Below, in pieces: positions 1-10,420 of a stretch of DNA of 64,000 nt. The stretch covers positions 864,001 through 928,000 of the forward strand of contig CBDCOX010000002.1 of NCBI GenBank assembly GCA_965219995.1, written 5' to 3'. The notes beneath the pieces are model-generated. The model was not told the DNA's origin. It saw only the letters and a program-made list of their open reading frames with translations, and ran no database searches. The DNA comes from Candidatus Latescibacterota bacterium (GTDB lineage Bacteria; Latescibacterota; UBA2968; GCA-2709665). Positions within the stretch are counted from its first letter, which is position 1, and each line of letters starts with the position of its first letter. The translations under genes and the position numbers were made by a program.

Positions 1-810
1 GAAGTGATGACGCGCGACACGATGCGGTCGATCCTGACGTTTCTCGCCTCGACGGATATTCCAGTCGTGGACATTACCGGCGGCGCGCCGGAGGTGAACC
101 CCGAATTCAGGTATCTGGTTCATCAGATCCGTGTGCTTGGACGGCACGTGATGGTCCGGTGCAATCTAACCGTGATTTTCGAACCCGGTCTCGAGGATCT
201 GCCTGACTTCTACCGCGAACATCAGGTGGAACTGGTATGCTCACTGCCCTGTTATCTTGAGGAAAACGTAGACCAACAGCGTGGAAAGGGCGTGTTTTAC
301 GATAGCATCGAGGCGCTGCGGCGCCTGAATGCGATCGGTTACGGACAGCCGGACTCGGGATTGACGCTTCACCTCGTATACAATCCGGTCGGGGCCTCCC
401 TTCCGCCGCCGCAGGCCGAACTGGAAGCGGACTATAAGAAGGTTCTTGCAGAGCGGTACGACATTTCGTTCAACCGACTCCTGACCATAACGAATATGCC
501 GATCAGCCGGTTCAACGACTATCTGAAGCGTCGGGGGGAGTACGAAGGCTACACGCAGACGTTATACGACCATTTCAACGCCCAGACGATTGATCGCCTG
601 ATGTGTCGTTTTCTCGTGAGCGTGGATTGGGAAGGCAATATCTACGACTGCGATTTCAACCAGATGCTGGACATGCATCTGTCCGGCCGGCCGAAAAAAC
701 TGTGGGAGGTGTCGCCGGGATGGCTGGTGAACAGGAGAATCCGGATCGCCGACCACTGTTTCGGCTGCACTGCCGGGGCCGGAAGCAGTTGCGGAGGTGA
801 ACTGGCCTGA
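1..810 (+). CDS. arsS: ArsS-like (arsenosugar biosynthesis) radical SAM protein, 5' end outside window
   Basis: VDITGGAPE, RCNLT, SLPCY, CDFNQM and C-terminal HCFGCTAGAGSSCGG (DUF3641-type tail). The frame is open from base 1, and the CxxxCxxC motif lies outside the window. Confidence 0.8.
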   Translation, partial: EVMTRDTMRSILTFLASTDIPVVDITGGAPEVNPEFRYLVHQIRVLGRHVMVRCNLTVIFEPGLEDLPDFYREHQVELVCSLPCYLEENVDQQRGKGVFYDSIEALRRLNAIGYGQPDSGLTLHLVYNPVGASLPPPQAELEADYKKVLAERYDISFNRLLTITNMPISRFNDYLKRRGEYEGYTQTLYDHFNAQTIDRLMCRFLVSVDWEGNIYDCDFNQMLDMHLSGRPKKLWEVSPGWLVNRRIRIADHCFGCTAGAGSSCGGELA

Positions 811-848
811 GAAAAACCGTTTCGGCATTCAGGCGGTACGCAAGTGAG

Positions 849-877
849 GGGGTCGGCCGACTTGAGCGGTCGACCCC
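849..877. terminator. GC hairpin between convergent arsS and arsC
   Basis: GGGGTCGGCCG-N7-CGGTCGACCCC; no strong U-tract. Confidence 0.35.
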
Positions 878-896
878 GATCTATTGCGTACCGGTT

Positions 897-1328
897 TTAT
901 TCGAAACGACGCCCACCGGTATCGAGGAACTTACGAATCCGGCCGTGTATTTCGTCTCTGACCCTTCGAAAGACCGCCATTCGCTCGTCCTCGGTGCCGG
1001 TTGCTTCCGCCGGGTCGTCAAGGCTCCAGTGAAGACGTTCAGTTGCGTCGAAGTAGACGGGGCAGTTGTCATTTGCCCGGTCGCATACGGTGATGACGAC
1101 GTCCACGTTCGGGTCCGCGAAGGCGTCGGGCGCCTTCGATATTTGGACTGAGATATCGACGCCGATTTCGGCCATCGCCTTGACCGCCAGCGGATTCAGG
1201 GTGGTGGGCCGGGTGCCCGCGCTCAGAGATTCGAATCGGTCATTCGCGAGTTGACGGAGAAGTCCTTCCGCCATCTGGCTCCTGCAGGAATTCCCGGTGC
1301 ATAGGAACAACACGCGTTTCATGCGCAT
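897..1328 (-). CDS. arsC: Thioredoxin-coupled arsenate reductase (LMW-PTP fold)
   Basis: P-loop FLCTGNSCRSQMAEG, TVCDRANDNCP resolving cysteines, HWSLDDP. Confidence 0.9.
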   Translation of the reverse strand: MRMKRVLFLCTGNSCRSQMAEGLLRQLANDRFESLSAGTRPTTLNPLAVKAMAEIGVDISVQISKAPDAFADPNVDVVITVCDRANDNCPVYFDATERLHWSLDDPAEATGTEDERMAVFRRVRDEIHGRIRKFLDTGGRRFE

Positions 1329-1386
1329 ATGTGTACCCTTATAATGCGCGACTGAAGGGAAAAAGGAGCATCGATCGACGGGGGGA

Positions 1387-2634
1387 TCAACGGGTAAATG
1401 CGCGCTTGATCTTACTCACGGCCTCTACGATGTCGTCCATGTCTTCCGGCGTGCCCAGGAGCATGGACTGATAGAACCACACGCTGTGCCGGCAGACATG
1501 TTCAACCCGGGGACACGGCAGCCTGCGTACACGATCGGGGTATGCTTCCGAGACGCTTTTCAGCGCGCCCTCGTCGGTCAGTGGTCGCTGGTAACCGGGT
1601 GTGCAGTCTATTCCTTCAGCGGAGAGGGCGTTGACGAATTCCTCTCTGCTTCTGCCGCCGAATTGACGGGGATCGTAGAGCGTCATGTAGAGATGATACC
1701 CGTGCCGTGTTGTCCAGGGGCGCGTCTCCGGCGGGGTGACGCCTCCGATGCCAGTCAGTTCCCGTGTGAGATAGGCCGCGTTTCGACATCGAACCCCGGT
1801 CTGAAGCTCCAATCGCCTGAGCCGTACCAGAAGAATGGATGCGAGGTACTCGGAGGTGCGGTAGTTCCATCCGTGGCGCGGGTATTCCCATCGTTCGCCG
1901 CCGGGGCGCCGTCCGACGTCCTTGAATGCGCACGCCCGTTCGTAAATGTACCGATGGTTGGTGACAAGACAGCCGCCCTCACCGACCGTCAGGTTCTTGC
2001 TGGACTGGAAGCTGTAAGCGCCGACATGGCCCAGCGGGCCTGCCTGCCTTCCGTTATGCTCCGAGCCGTGGGCCTGCGCGGCATCTTCGACAACCACCAG
2101 GCCGTGTTTTTCGGCGATGGCGTTGAGGGCGTCCATATCCGCGGGGTGCCCCCCCATGTGCACCGGAAGAAGGCCAACCGTCCTTCCGGTTATGGCCGCC
2201 TCTACCGCGTTTGGGTCGAGAGTAAAACTCACCGGGTCGATGTCCGCCAGTGCCAGCCGGCAACGTACCGAAAGGGCCGCACTGGCCGTGGCGATGAAGG
2301 TATAATTCGGAATGATGATTTCCCCGCCCTCACCGAGACCGTCCAGGTCGAGCGCGCCGACGATGGACGCGGAAATCGCGTCGGTTCCATGCGGCATCAT
2401 CAGGCCGTAGCCGGCGCCGCAATATGCCGCGAACGCCTTGCCGAACCGGTCGCTCATGCTTGCCGGAAGACCCTCTGTCCTTCCCAGATAGACTTCTCGG
2501 AGGGCCGGTTCGATTTCGTTCTCCCACTCCGATTCGGTGTTGTGGGGCCAGGAAGGCCATGGTTTCTCTTTGGAATCGCGAACGGGCGTGCCCCCGTCGA
2601 CTGCCAGCCGGTTCGATGAAATTACATCTGGCAT
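1387..2634 (-). CDS. DegT/DnrJ/EryC1/StrS family PLP aminotransferase
   Basis: TFIATA, EDAAQAHG, SFQSSKNLTVGEGG (PLP lysine). Start moved to ATG 2634, which has an AGGAG RBS. Confidence 0.9.
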   Translation of the reverse strand: MPDVISSNRLAVDGGTPVRDSKEKPWPSWPHNTESEWENEIEPALREVYLGRTEGLPASMSDRFGKAFAAYCGAGYGLMMPHGTDAISASIVGALDLDGLGEGGEIIIPNYTFIATASAALSVRCRLALADIDPVSFTLDPNAVEAAITGRTVGLLPVHMGGHPADMDALNAIAEKHGLVVVEDAAQAHGSEHNGRQAGPLGHVGAYSFQSSKNLTVGEGGCLVTNHRYIYERACAFKDVGRRPGGERWEYPRHGWNYRTSEYLASILLVRLRRLELQTGVRCRNAAYLTRELTGIGGVTPPETRPWTTRHGYHLYMTLYDPRQFGGRSREEFVNALSAEGIDCTPGYQRPLTDEGALKSVSEAYPDRVRRLPCPRVEHVCRHSVWFYQSMLLGTPEDMDDIVEAVSKIKRAFTR

Positions 2635-2769
2635 CGGATCTCCTGTGGATGCGCCGGAAGACTCCCAACTTGCCGTGGCCCGCCGGGGTGACGTCACTGT
2701 TGCAGAAAGCCGGACGTTGCGGTCAGCGGGGATCCGGGAACGCGCGTGGCCGAGAGCCGGCCATCTGGT

Positions 2770-4002
2770 TCAACCGGCCACCATTTCGCAGGCGGCCGCT
2801 CGGACCAGCCGCTCTCCTTCTACCGCAAGGCCGGCATACCTGGGTTCCATGCCGCCTTCCCTGTGGGCCCTGGGGGTACTCAGATAACCGACGTCGGCGG
2901 TCGGGCCGGAAAGGACGATCGTGAGAGGAGCGCGAGAGGCAGACTTGATCGCGAACGCCGTTTCGACGAAGATTTCACCTGGAAGATGGACAATTTCAAC
3001 GCCCGACGCGGAAACGCGCGTGATCGTGTAGTCCAGGGTTCGCCTGCCGGATGCGTAGTGCCTGCTGCCGTATGCCTGGAAACGCTGAAGCCCGTCAGAC
3101 CGTTGCGGCGTCGATTTCAGTTCGGTCTCGACGGCATCCGGATCATCGTACGAAAACGTGGGCAACCGAATGTTCTTCTGCGAGACGCCGAAGTTTCCGG
3201 AACCGTTCGTGCCCGCCTGTTCCAGGGCGTATAGCGCCGCCCCTCCCACACTGTGCCCCACCCGTTTATAGGTCCGACCGGCGCGGCTGACGGGCACCAC
3301 GTTTCCGATACTCCCTGGCAGAAACAGCGTGCGCAGGCCCGCCGCCTCGACCACTTGCCGGGCGACGCCGGGATAGTCGGCGGAGACGTGCCCGTACTTG
3401 TCGGTGTTGCAAAGTGCGTGACACCCGAATACGATGGCGCAACAGGTGGGATTGCCCTCCAGGTCGTCGATTCGGAGCACGTAGACGTTGTCGTCCACGT
3501 CGTCATAGGTGAGTTCGGGGCGGGGGTAGGGAAACTTGAAATTGCTCATCACCAGATTGCCGTTCCGGTCGTATGAGCGCCGGTTGTACAGGATGTTGGG
3601 AGCGGAACTGGCGCCTGCGCACAATCGGGAGGGCTCCATCGCCCGGGCGGCATTGCGGACGGCCGCCGCCATGTTTTCCGCGAAATAATCCTCCCTGCCG
3701 TAGTACTTGAGCGCTTCGCAGGGTATGCTGACGTACGATTGGAATAAAATCGGCGTGGTGCCCACGTGGGACGCGCAGGGCAGGATGTGGTTCAGATTCA
3801 GCCAGGCAATGTCCCGGAGCCGTTCCCTGACGCGAGTCATGATGTCCTCTTCGATGCTGAAACAATCCCCGGCCAGAAAGGTGACGTTGGTGTCCCCGTC
3901 CCGCAGGATCAGGGCGCGGAAGGAGATTGGATCGTAAACGCGGAAGGAGCCGTCCCGCGGTTCCTGCGGCGTAAAGTCCTTCATGCCAAAGCCGGTTTCC
4001 AT
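2770..4002 (-). CDS. Neutral/alkaline ceramidase N-terminal-domain-like metallohydrolase
   Basis: ASHVGT, NRR, FGCHA, SADYPG, GSIGNV, LPGEIFVE and GGME motifs. Start at ATG 4002, preceded by GGAGG. Confidence 0.65.
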   Translation of the reverse strand: METGFGMKDFTPQEPRDGSFRVYDPISFRALILRDGDTNVTFLAGDCFSIEEDIMTRVRERLRDIAWLNLNHILPCASHVGTTPILFQSYVSIPCEALKYYGREDYFAENMAAAVRNAARAMEPSRLCAGASSAPNILYNRRSYDRNGNLVMSNFKFPYPRPELTYDDVDDNVYVLRIDDLEGNPTCCAIVFGCHALCNTDKYGHVSADYPGVARQVVEAAGLRTLFLPGSIGNVVPVSRAGRTYKRVGHSVGGAALYALEQAGTNGSGNFGVSQKNIRLPTFSYDDPDAVETELKSTPQRSDGLQRFQAYGSRHYASGRRTLDYTITRVSASGVEIVHLPGEIFVETAFAIKSASRAPLTIVLSGPTADVGYLSTPRAHREGGMEPRYAGLAVEGERLVRAAACEMVAG

Positions 4003-4115
4003 CGCGTCGGGCCTCCACGGCAACGGTTGTTGTGTAAATGCGGTCAATTGATAGGGTAATATTCACGGTGCGTCAAGCGTTTTCCGCCCTTGCGCACCCT
4101 CCCGGACGGCGGACC

Positions 4116-4144
4116 TTGACGTTTCCGCGGGTATGGGTTACATT
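4116..4144 (+). promoter_or_regulatory. Putative sigma70 promoter
   Basis: TTGACG-N17-TACATT upstream of the 4273 gene, in a divergent intergenic region. Confidence 0.5.
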
Positions 4145-4272
4145 ATCGTTTTGTCCACGCACGAGTTCAGGATTTGCGTCGCGCGGGAATGCCGCGCAGG
4201 GGCGCGACACACGGTCCCCGTCCACGTGGCGAATCGGGCGGATTCCGTACAAGGCGAAGCACGGGAGACTCG

Positions 4273-7140
4273 ATGCAGGCCCTGATTTCCGCACTTGAAA
4301 GAGAACTGTCCGGCGAAGTCCGGTTCGATCGGGCGTCGCGGATCCTGTACAGCACCGATGCAAGCATGTATCAGATCGAGCCGGTCGGGGTCGTGCTGCC
4401 CAGGCACCGGCAGGACGTCTTGCGGGTCATACGCCTCGCCGGGGAATTCGGGGTGCCGGTGCTGCCGCGCGGTGGCGGCACGGCGCTTGCGGGGCAATGT
4501 GTTGGCCCGGCCGTAATTATGGATTTGTCCAAGTACATGAATCAAGTCCTCGAATTGAACGAGGAAGAGGGATGGGTGCGTGTACAACCCGGCGTGGTAC
4601 TGGACGAATTGAATTCGTTCCTGCAGCCCTATGGACTCCAGTTCGCCCCGGACGTGGCGACGAGCAGCCGGGCAACGATCGGGGGGATGATCGGCAACAA
4701 TTCGGCGGGCGCCCACTCGGTCATCTACGGGAAGACCATCGACCACGTACTCGAACTCACGGTGGCCCTCGCGGACGGTACGGAAACCCGGTTCGCCGAC
4801 ATGACGGACGAGGAAGTCACCGCGAAGACGGTTCAGAGAGACCTGGAGGGGCGGGCATACAGGGAAGTCGCCCGGCTTGCCCGGCGGCACCGCGCTGAAA
4901 TCGAACGGAGGTACCCGAAGATTTTGAGGCGGGTGGGCGGCTACAACCTGGATGAATTCACGAAACCACAGACCTTTAATCTGTCTCGCATGATCGTGGG
5001 TTCGGAGGGCACCCTGGCCACCGTCCTGGAAGCCAGGCTGCGCGTGATTCCACTTCCGCATGCCAGGGTACTGGGGGTTGTGCAATTCGAGGATCTGATT
5101 GACGCCATGCGTGCGGTCGCGCCAATTCTCGAAACCGGACCCGCGGCGGTGGAACTGGTGGACCGCATGATTCTGGAGCAGACCAGGGGCTCCATTGCGT
5201 TGTCCCGGGCGCGGGGGTGGGTTGAAGGAGATCCCAAAGCCGTACTCGTGGTGGAGTATTTCGGAGACTCGACGGCCGAACTGACAACACGCCTGGATGC
5301 ACTCGAGGCCGCCATGTCGCATCACGGGCTCGGATATGGATTCCGGCGCGCCGTGTCGGGCGAAGAACAGGCGAACGTATGGAACGTGCGCCGGTCGGGT
5401 CTCGGATTGCTGATGGGCGTCAAGGGAGATACGAAACCGGTGGCTTTCGTGGAGGATTCCGCCGTTTCGCCCGAAAAGCTCCCGGATTACATCGGCGATT
5501 TCGAGCGGATTGTACGCGAGCACGATACGACCGCCGGCTATTACGCGCATGCCAGCGTGGGACTGCTGCACATCCGGCCGATGGTGAACCTGAAAACAGC
5601 GGCCGGCGTGGCCAAGATGCGGTCGATCGCGGAGGCGGTACGCGAGCTGGTACTCAGTTACGGCGGCGCGATGAGTGGCGAGCACGGGGACGGCCTCGCC
5701 CGCAGCTGCTGGAACGAGAGGGTATTCGGGCCCACGCTTTATAATGCGTTCCGGGAGATCAAACGTGCGTTCGATCCGCAAGGACTGATGAATCCGGGCA
5801 AAATCACGGACGCGCCCCTGATGACCGAAAACCTGCGGTTCGGTTCCGCATACCGCGCTCAAGAGCCTCGCACCCACTTCGACTTTTCGGCCGACGGGGG
5901 ATTTCACCGGGCGGTGGAAATGTGCAACGGCGTGGGCGCCTGCCGGAAGAAGCTCCAGGGGACAATGTGCCCTTCCTACATGGCAACTCTCGACGAGGCC
6001 CACTCCACACGCGGACGGGCGAACGCGCTCCGTGCGGCCATTTCGGGTGGACTCGAGGACGGCCTCGCCGACGCGCAGGTCTACGAAATTCTGGACCTGT
6101 GTCTGGAGTGCAAGGCGTGCAAGTCGGAATGCCCGTCCAACGTGGACATGGCCAAGATCAAGTATGAGTTCCTCGCACACTATTACGAGGCGCATGGAAG
6201 ACCGCTGCGGGAGTGGCTCTTCGGCAATATTGAAACCTTGAACCGCGTCGGTTGCGCGCTGGCGCCGCTGTCGAACTGGATCGCCGGTACCGGAATTGCC
6301 AGACTGGGGATGCAGTTTCTCGGCCTCGCGCCCGAACGGGCATTGCCAAGGTTCGCGCCCCGGACGTTTACGGACTGGTTTTCGCGGCGCGAAAAGCGAC
6401 CGCGCGAACGGAAAGTGGTGCTGTTCAACGATACGTACCTCACGTTCAATGAACCCGAAATCGGCATTTCCGCCACGCGTTTTCTGGAGGCCGCCGGATA
6501 TGAGGTGATCCTTCCCGAGAAGCGGTGTTGCGGCAGGCCTCTCCTGTCCAGCGGAATGATCGAGCAGGTCAAGGAGAATCTGGAATTCAACGTGCGCCAC
6601 CTCCATACATACGTAACGCAGGGGTACGAAATCGTGGGTTTCGAGCCCAGTTGCGTCTCGATGTTGACGGACGATTACCCCGATCTGAACGCGGATCCTC
6701 GCGTCCGGGAGGTATCGGAGAAGTGCTATACCCTGGAGTCTTATCTGAGCCGGCTGGCGCAACGGGGGGAACTCCATGTGACGTTTACGGATCTGAAGAA
6801 GGAGATTCTGGTCCACGGGCACTGCCATCAGAAAGCGCTCTGGGGCATCACGCCTTCGCTCGAGGTATTGAATCTTCCCCCCGGATTCTCGGCATCGGCC
6901 ATCGATTCGGCCTGCTGCGGAATGGCCGGCGCATTCGGTTACCAGGCCGAACACTACGATATCTCGCTGAGAATGGGCGAGGACCGGCTCCTGAAGGTTG
7001 TCAGGCAGGCGGGACCGGAAGCGGAGATCGCTGCCGCCGGACTTTCGTGCAGACAGCAGATTCACCACGCAACCGGACGGACAGCGCGTCATCCGATTCA
7101 AATTCTGTGGGAGGCGGTCGCGTCCGCAAATGAAGAATGA
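4273..7140 (+). CDS. FAD-linked oxidase fused to Fe-S/CCG domains (YdiJ/GlcDF-like 2-hydroxyacid dehydrogenase)
   Basis: PRGGGT, GSEGTL, GEHGDG, CNGVGAC...CP, CLECKACKSECP, CCG and HGHCHQK. ATG 4273 follows GGGAG. Confidence 0.85.
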   Translation: MQALISALERELSGEVRFDRASRILYSTDASMYQIEPVGVVLPRHRQDVLRVIRLAGEFGVPVLPRGGGTALAGQCVGPAVIMDLSKYMNQVLELNEEEGWVRVQPGVVLDELNSFLQPYGLQFAPDVATSSRATIGGMIGNNSAGAHSVIYGKTIDHVLELTVALADGTETRFADMTDEEVTAKTVQRDLEGRAYREVARLARRHRAEIERRYPKILRRVGGYNLDEFTKPQTFNLSRMIVGSEGTLATVLEARLRVIPLPHARVLGVVQFEDLIDAMRAVAPILETGPAAVELVDRMILEQTRGSIALSRARGWVEGDPKAVLVVEYFGDSTAELTTRLDALEAAMSHHGLGYGFRRAVSGEEQANVWNVRRSGLGLLMGVKGDTKPVAFVEDSAVSPEKLPDYIGDFERIVREHDTTAGYYAHASVGLLHIRPMVNLKTAAGVAKMRSIAEAVRELVLSYGGAMSGEHGDGLARSCWNERVFGPTLYNAFREIKRAFDPQGLMNPGKITDAPLMTENLRFGSAYRAQEPRTHFDFSADGGFHRAVEMCNGVGACRKKLQGTMCPSYMATLDEAHSTRGRANALRAAISGGLEDGLADAQVYEILDLCLECKACKSECPSNVDMAKIKYEFLAHYYEAHGRPLREWLFGNIETLNRVGCALAPLSNWIAGTGIARLGMQFLGLAPERALPRFAPRTFTDWFSRREKRPRERKVVLFNDTYLTFNEPEIGISATRFLEAAGYEVILPEKRCCGRPLLSSGMIEQVKENLEFNVRHLHTYVTQGYEIVGFEPSCVSMLTDDYPDLNADPRVREVSEKCYTLESYLSRLAQRGELHVTFTDLKKEILVHGHCHQKALWGITPSLEVLNLPPGFSASAIDSACCGMAGAFGYQAEHYDISLRMGEDRLLKVVRQAGPEAEIAAAGLSCRQQIHHATGRTARHPIQILWEAVASANEE

Positions 7141-7418
7141 GCCCCCGTCGACGGGTTCATGTACGGGTAACGGGCGTTGTTCAGGGGGTGGGTTTTCGTT
7201 TTTTCGTGTGTCGCGTGGCACGGAAGATGGGACTCGTCGGGTACGTGCGCAATCACCCGGACGGGAGTGTGGAACTCGAGGCTGAAGGGGAGTCTTCCTG
7301 CGTATCGGCTCTCGTCGATTCGGTCGGCAGTGGTCCTCCGGGCGCTCGGGTTGGGAATACATCGGTACGTTCACGACCTGTTGAGGGGTCCGAAACCGGA
7401 TTCGACATCCGGTGGTAG
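7137..7418 (+). CDS. acyP: Acylphosphatase
   Basis: VTGVVQGVGFR...GYVRN..DGSVE; ATGA overlap with upstream gene. Confidence 0.9.
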   Translation: MSPRRRVHVRVTGVVQGVGFRFFVCRVARKMGLVGYVRNHPDGSVELEAEGESSCVSALVDSVGSGPPGARVGNTSVRSRPVEGSETGFDIRW

Positions 7419-7433
7419 AAAGCGGGGCGCATC

Positions 7434-7946
7434 GTGGATTTATTGGGTTATATTCGTGAAGTACCGGATTTTCCGAAACCGGGTATTCTGTTCAAGGACA
7501 TCACAACGCTCCTGAAAGAACCCGCGGCGCTCGATGCCGCCGTTCGAGACCTTGCGAACCCGTACCGGCATGCGGACGTGTCCCTTGTGGCCGGGATCGA
7601 ATCCAGGGGTTTCATCCTCGGGGCGGCCGTGGCCCGGGATCTGGGTGCAGGATTCGTGCCCATTCGAAAATCGGGAAAGTTGCCCGCGGAGACGGCGTCG
7701 GAGCGCTTTGAACTGGAATACGGCACCGACTGCATTGAAATCCATACCGACGCAATCGTTCCCGGTCAGCGTGTACTTCTCGTGGACGATCTGCTGGCGA
7801 CCGGCGGCACCATGGAGGCAGCGGTCAAACTCGTGAAGGGACTCCACGCCCGGGTCGTGGGTATCGCGTTCCTGATTGAGTTGACCTCACTCGAAGGGCG
7901 CTCCAAATTGCCAGGGGAAGACGTGATGGCGCTGGTTGCCTGTTAA
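7434..7946 (+). CDS. apt: Adenine phosphoribosyltransferase
   Basis: PDFPKPGILFKDIT, RKSGKLP, LEYG, LVDDLLATGGT. Confidence 0.95.
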   Translation: MDLLGYIREVPDFPKPGILFKDITTLLKEPAALDAAVRDLANPYRHADVSLVAGIESRGFILGAAVARDLGAGFVPIRKSGKLPAETASERFELEYGTDCIEIHTDAIVPGQRVLLVDDLLATGGTMEAAVKLVKGLHARVVGIAFLIELTSLEGRSKLPGEDVMALVAC

Positions 7947-8054
7947 CCGCGGGAAGCCACTTGCGGGCATGCGTCCGCCGGCAACTCGCCGCTGATATCT
8001 TACGCTGTTCGAAACATACTAATGTCGCCGATAGCGCCCGCCTTTCCGGTCTAT

Positions 8055-8127
8055 GCCCCTGTAGCTCAGAGGATAGAGTAGCGGATTCCTAATCCGTTGG
8101 TCGCAGGTTCGAGTCCTGCCAGGGGCA
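8055..8127 (+). tRNA. tRNA-Arg(CCT), CCA not encoded
   Basis: Acceptor stem GCCCCTG/CAGGGGC, D-arm TAGCTCAG..GGATAGAG, anticodon loop TTCCTAA, T-arm GCAGGTTCGAGTCCTGC. Confidence 0.93.
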
Positions 8128-8353
8128 TTTTAACCATCCGCAACGGGCGCGAGCGTCCGCCCCGCAGACCGTATCCCATAGGGTCAAACCTCAAGGGACG
8201 TTGCGTTTCCGTGCATCGCCGACCCGAATAAACGAACTTCGATCGCTCCGTCCGGCGTCCGTTGCAGCGTCGAATTCCACCCTGGAGCAATTTGACCGGC
8301 GCGCCGTACCGCGTTTCACGTGGGCATCAACGATCCACCTGGACCTGGCCATT

Positions 8354-8794
8354 GTGGGCTTTCAGATCAACGAGGCGTTGCTGTTACATTACCCGCGTGA
8401 GCATGTGTTCGGTTTCTTTTCCGACGCCGGAAATCTGGACCGGCTCACTCCGCCGTGGCTCGGGTTTTCAATAAAGAGCAAGCTGCCGATCGAATTGGCG
8501 CAGGGGACGGTCATCAGATACGGGATCAGGATTCGGGGCGTGCCCATGAATTGGGAGAGTGAGATAACCGATTGGCGGCCGCCGTTCGAATTCTGCGACG
8601 TCCAGCGGAAGGGACCGTACCGTTACTGGATCCATCGGCATATATTCGAGGAAGCGCAAGGCGGCACCCTGGTGACTGACAGGGTCGATTACGCCGTATA
8701 CGGCGGCGCACTGGTGAATCGCCTGTTCGTAGCACGCGACCTCATGAAGATTTTCGAGTACCGAAAGGCGAAGCTGATCGAGCAGTTTCCCTGA
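8354..8794 (+). CDS. SRPBCC family protein
   Basis: VFGFFSDAGNLDRLTPPW, FCDVQRKGPYRYWIHRHIF, IFEYR. GTG start is approximate. Confidence 0.8.
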   Translation: MGFQINEALLLHYPREHVFGFFSDAGNLDRLTPPWLGFSIKSKLPIELAQGTVIRYGIRIRGVPMNWESEITDWRPPFEFCDVQRKGPYRYWIHRHIFEEAQGGTLVTDRVDYAVYGGALVNRLFVARDLMKIFEYRKAKLIEQFP

Positions 8795-8861
8795 GACAGA
8801 CGTGCGCGCGTACGGGCCGGAAAAACTGCCCGGGACGAACGCCGGCGCAGCCGCGGGACGA

Positions 8862-9917
8862 ATGCAGACAATGGGGCGAATCAGGTCGGTCAGAGCAGTT
8901 CAGCCGGCGTCCGCCGGCAGCCCGAACGACTGGCGGACGTCGATGGGCCAGTTCGCGGTCGGCGTTGAGACGGACGACGGGTTGACGGGTTATGGCGCCG
9001 GCGGCGGGGGTGCGGCGGGCGTTCACGTTGTTGAGACCGAACTGCGCAGGATTCTGGTCGGCAGCGACGCGACCCGGGTCGAAGACCTGTGGGAGGAAAT
9101 GTACCGGGCGACAAGGCCCTACGGGCGCAAGGGCATCGCGGTGATGGCTATCAGCGGCGTGGATCTCGCGCTGTGGGATCTGAGAGGAAAACGCGAAGGC
9201 AAGTCGGTTGCAGGCCTGCTTCCCTGCGTGGGGCGATCTGCCGGGACCGTTCCCTGCTATATGACGGGCTTTTCGGTCGACGAGGTTATCCGAAACGGCG
9301 CCAAAGGGTTTCGAGCGCTCAAGTTTCACGCCGGGTTCGAACGGAACCGGAACGTCGCCGACGTCGCGGCTCCGATTCGGCGCGTGAGAGACGCCCTCGG
9401 GCCCGACGTGTGCCTGATGGCGGACGCGGCGATGAATCTGGACGCTGATTCGGCGCTGCGCCTGGCGGACGCACTGCAGGGCTGCAAGCTTGCATGGCTT
9501 GAGGAACCGCTACCGCCTGAGGATCTGGAAGGGTATCGGAAACTGCGCGATCAGAGTCCGATACCGATCGCGGGCGGCGAGCATGAATACACGGCGAACG
9601 CTTTCGACGTTCTGATGAGGGAACGTCTGCACGCAATTGTACAACCGGACGCCACGTGGTGCGGCGGCCTCACGGAGATGTTGAAGATCTACAAATTGGG
9701 CGAACAGTACGGGATTCGGGTCTGTCCGCATCGTGGCAGCGAAGTCTGGGCGCTGCACGCGATCGCGTCCCTGGATCCGGATCCGCTGGCCGAATCGGGA
9801 AGACCCTGGGTCGACTGGGTAGACGGGCAACCAGAAATTGCAGATGGCAGTATCACGGTCGGAAACGCGCCCGGCTTCGGGGTGCGGTTGCCCGTTCCGG
9901 GTGGGCAAAAGTGTTGA
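8862..9917 (+). CDS. Enolase-superfamily (mandelate racemase/rhamnonate dehydratase-like) enzyme
   Basis: AISGVDLALWDL, LMADA, WLEEP, GGEHE, QPDATWCGG. Start could be 8862 or 8871. Confidence 0.85.
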   Translation: MQTMGRIRSVRAVQPASAGSPNDWRTSMGQFAVGVETDDGLTGYGAGGGGAAGVHVVETELRRILVGSDATRVEDLWEEMYRATRPYGRKGIAVMAISGVDLALWDLRGKREGKSVAGLLPCVGRSAGTVPCYMTGFSVDEVIRNGAKGFRALKFHAGFERNRNVADVAAPIRRVRDALGPDVCLMADAAMNLDADSALRLADALQGCKLAWLEEPLPPEDLEGYRKLRDQSPIPIAGGEHEYTANAFDVLMRERLHAIVQPDATWCGGLTEMLKIYKLGEQYGIRVCPHRGSEVWALHAIASLDPDPLAESGRPWVDWVDGQPEIADGSITVGNAPGFGVRLPVPGGQKC

Positions 9918-9942
9918 CATCGGACCGGGAATGCCATACTAT
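9914..9942 (+). promoter_or_regulatory. Putative sigma70 promoter
   Basis: TTGACA-N17-TACTAT overlapping the upstream stop codon. Confidence 0.6.
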
Positions 9943-10072
9943 TTGGTGACGCTGCCGCCTCTGATTGGACGTATGTTGGTACGTGCATCAGCGCCGGGAG
10001 CATGTTCAACTTGCCGCCGGGACGCCCCGGTGCACGCATCCCCGCATGCGACGAGAGATCGGGAGGGATACG

Positions 10073-10420
10073 ATGTCTCCTGACCGTGACGAATTTCTCG
10101 AAGACGATCGGATATTGGCGCTTCTCGATGATCCGGTTGATGCCGAAGCGTTTACAAACCTGATGGAACACGCGCACCAGAGGGGCATGAGCGCTGCGGA
10201 TTTTATCCGCGAAGTACCGGAACGCACGTCCCGCAAGGCCATCAGGAGGCTGTGCCTGAAGGACAGGAAACGAACGTTGCGTGCAAGATTGTCGTCCGTC
10301 GCCAGGAATCTGTGGGCGCGCCCGGTCGAGGATCCGGAGACCGGATACATACAGACACTTTACCCGCCCCGAGACGGGCCGCCGATGCCCGGCGGAAACG
10401 GACAGAAACCCAAACCATGA
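10073..10420 (+). CDS. Hypothetical protein (115 aa)
   Basis: GGGAGG RBS before the ATG, upstream promoter, protein-like composition. Confidence 0.6.
   Translation: MSPDRDEFLEDDRILALLDDPVDAEAFTNLMEHAHQRGMSAADFIREVPERTSRKAIRRLCLKDRKRTLRARLSSVARNLWARPVEDPETGYIQTLYPPRDGPPMPGGNGQKPKP

Noticed and set aside
4138-7374. 1078-aa minus-strand ORF (and similar long antisense ORFs such as 33175-37188, 52441-54627 and 14901-16211)
   Set aside because: These are shadows of well-supported plus-strand genes in GC-rich DNA and show no recognisable motifs.
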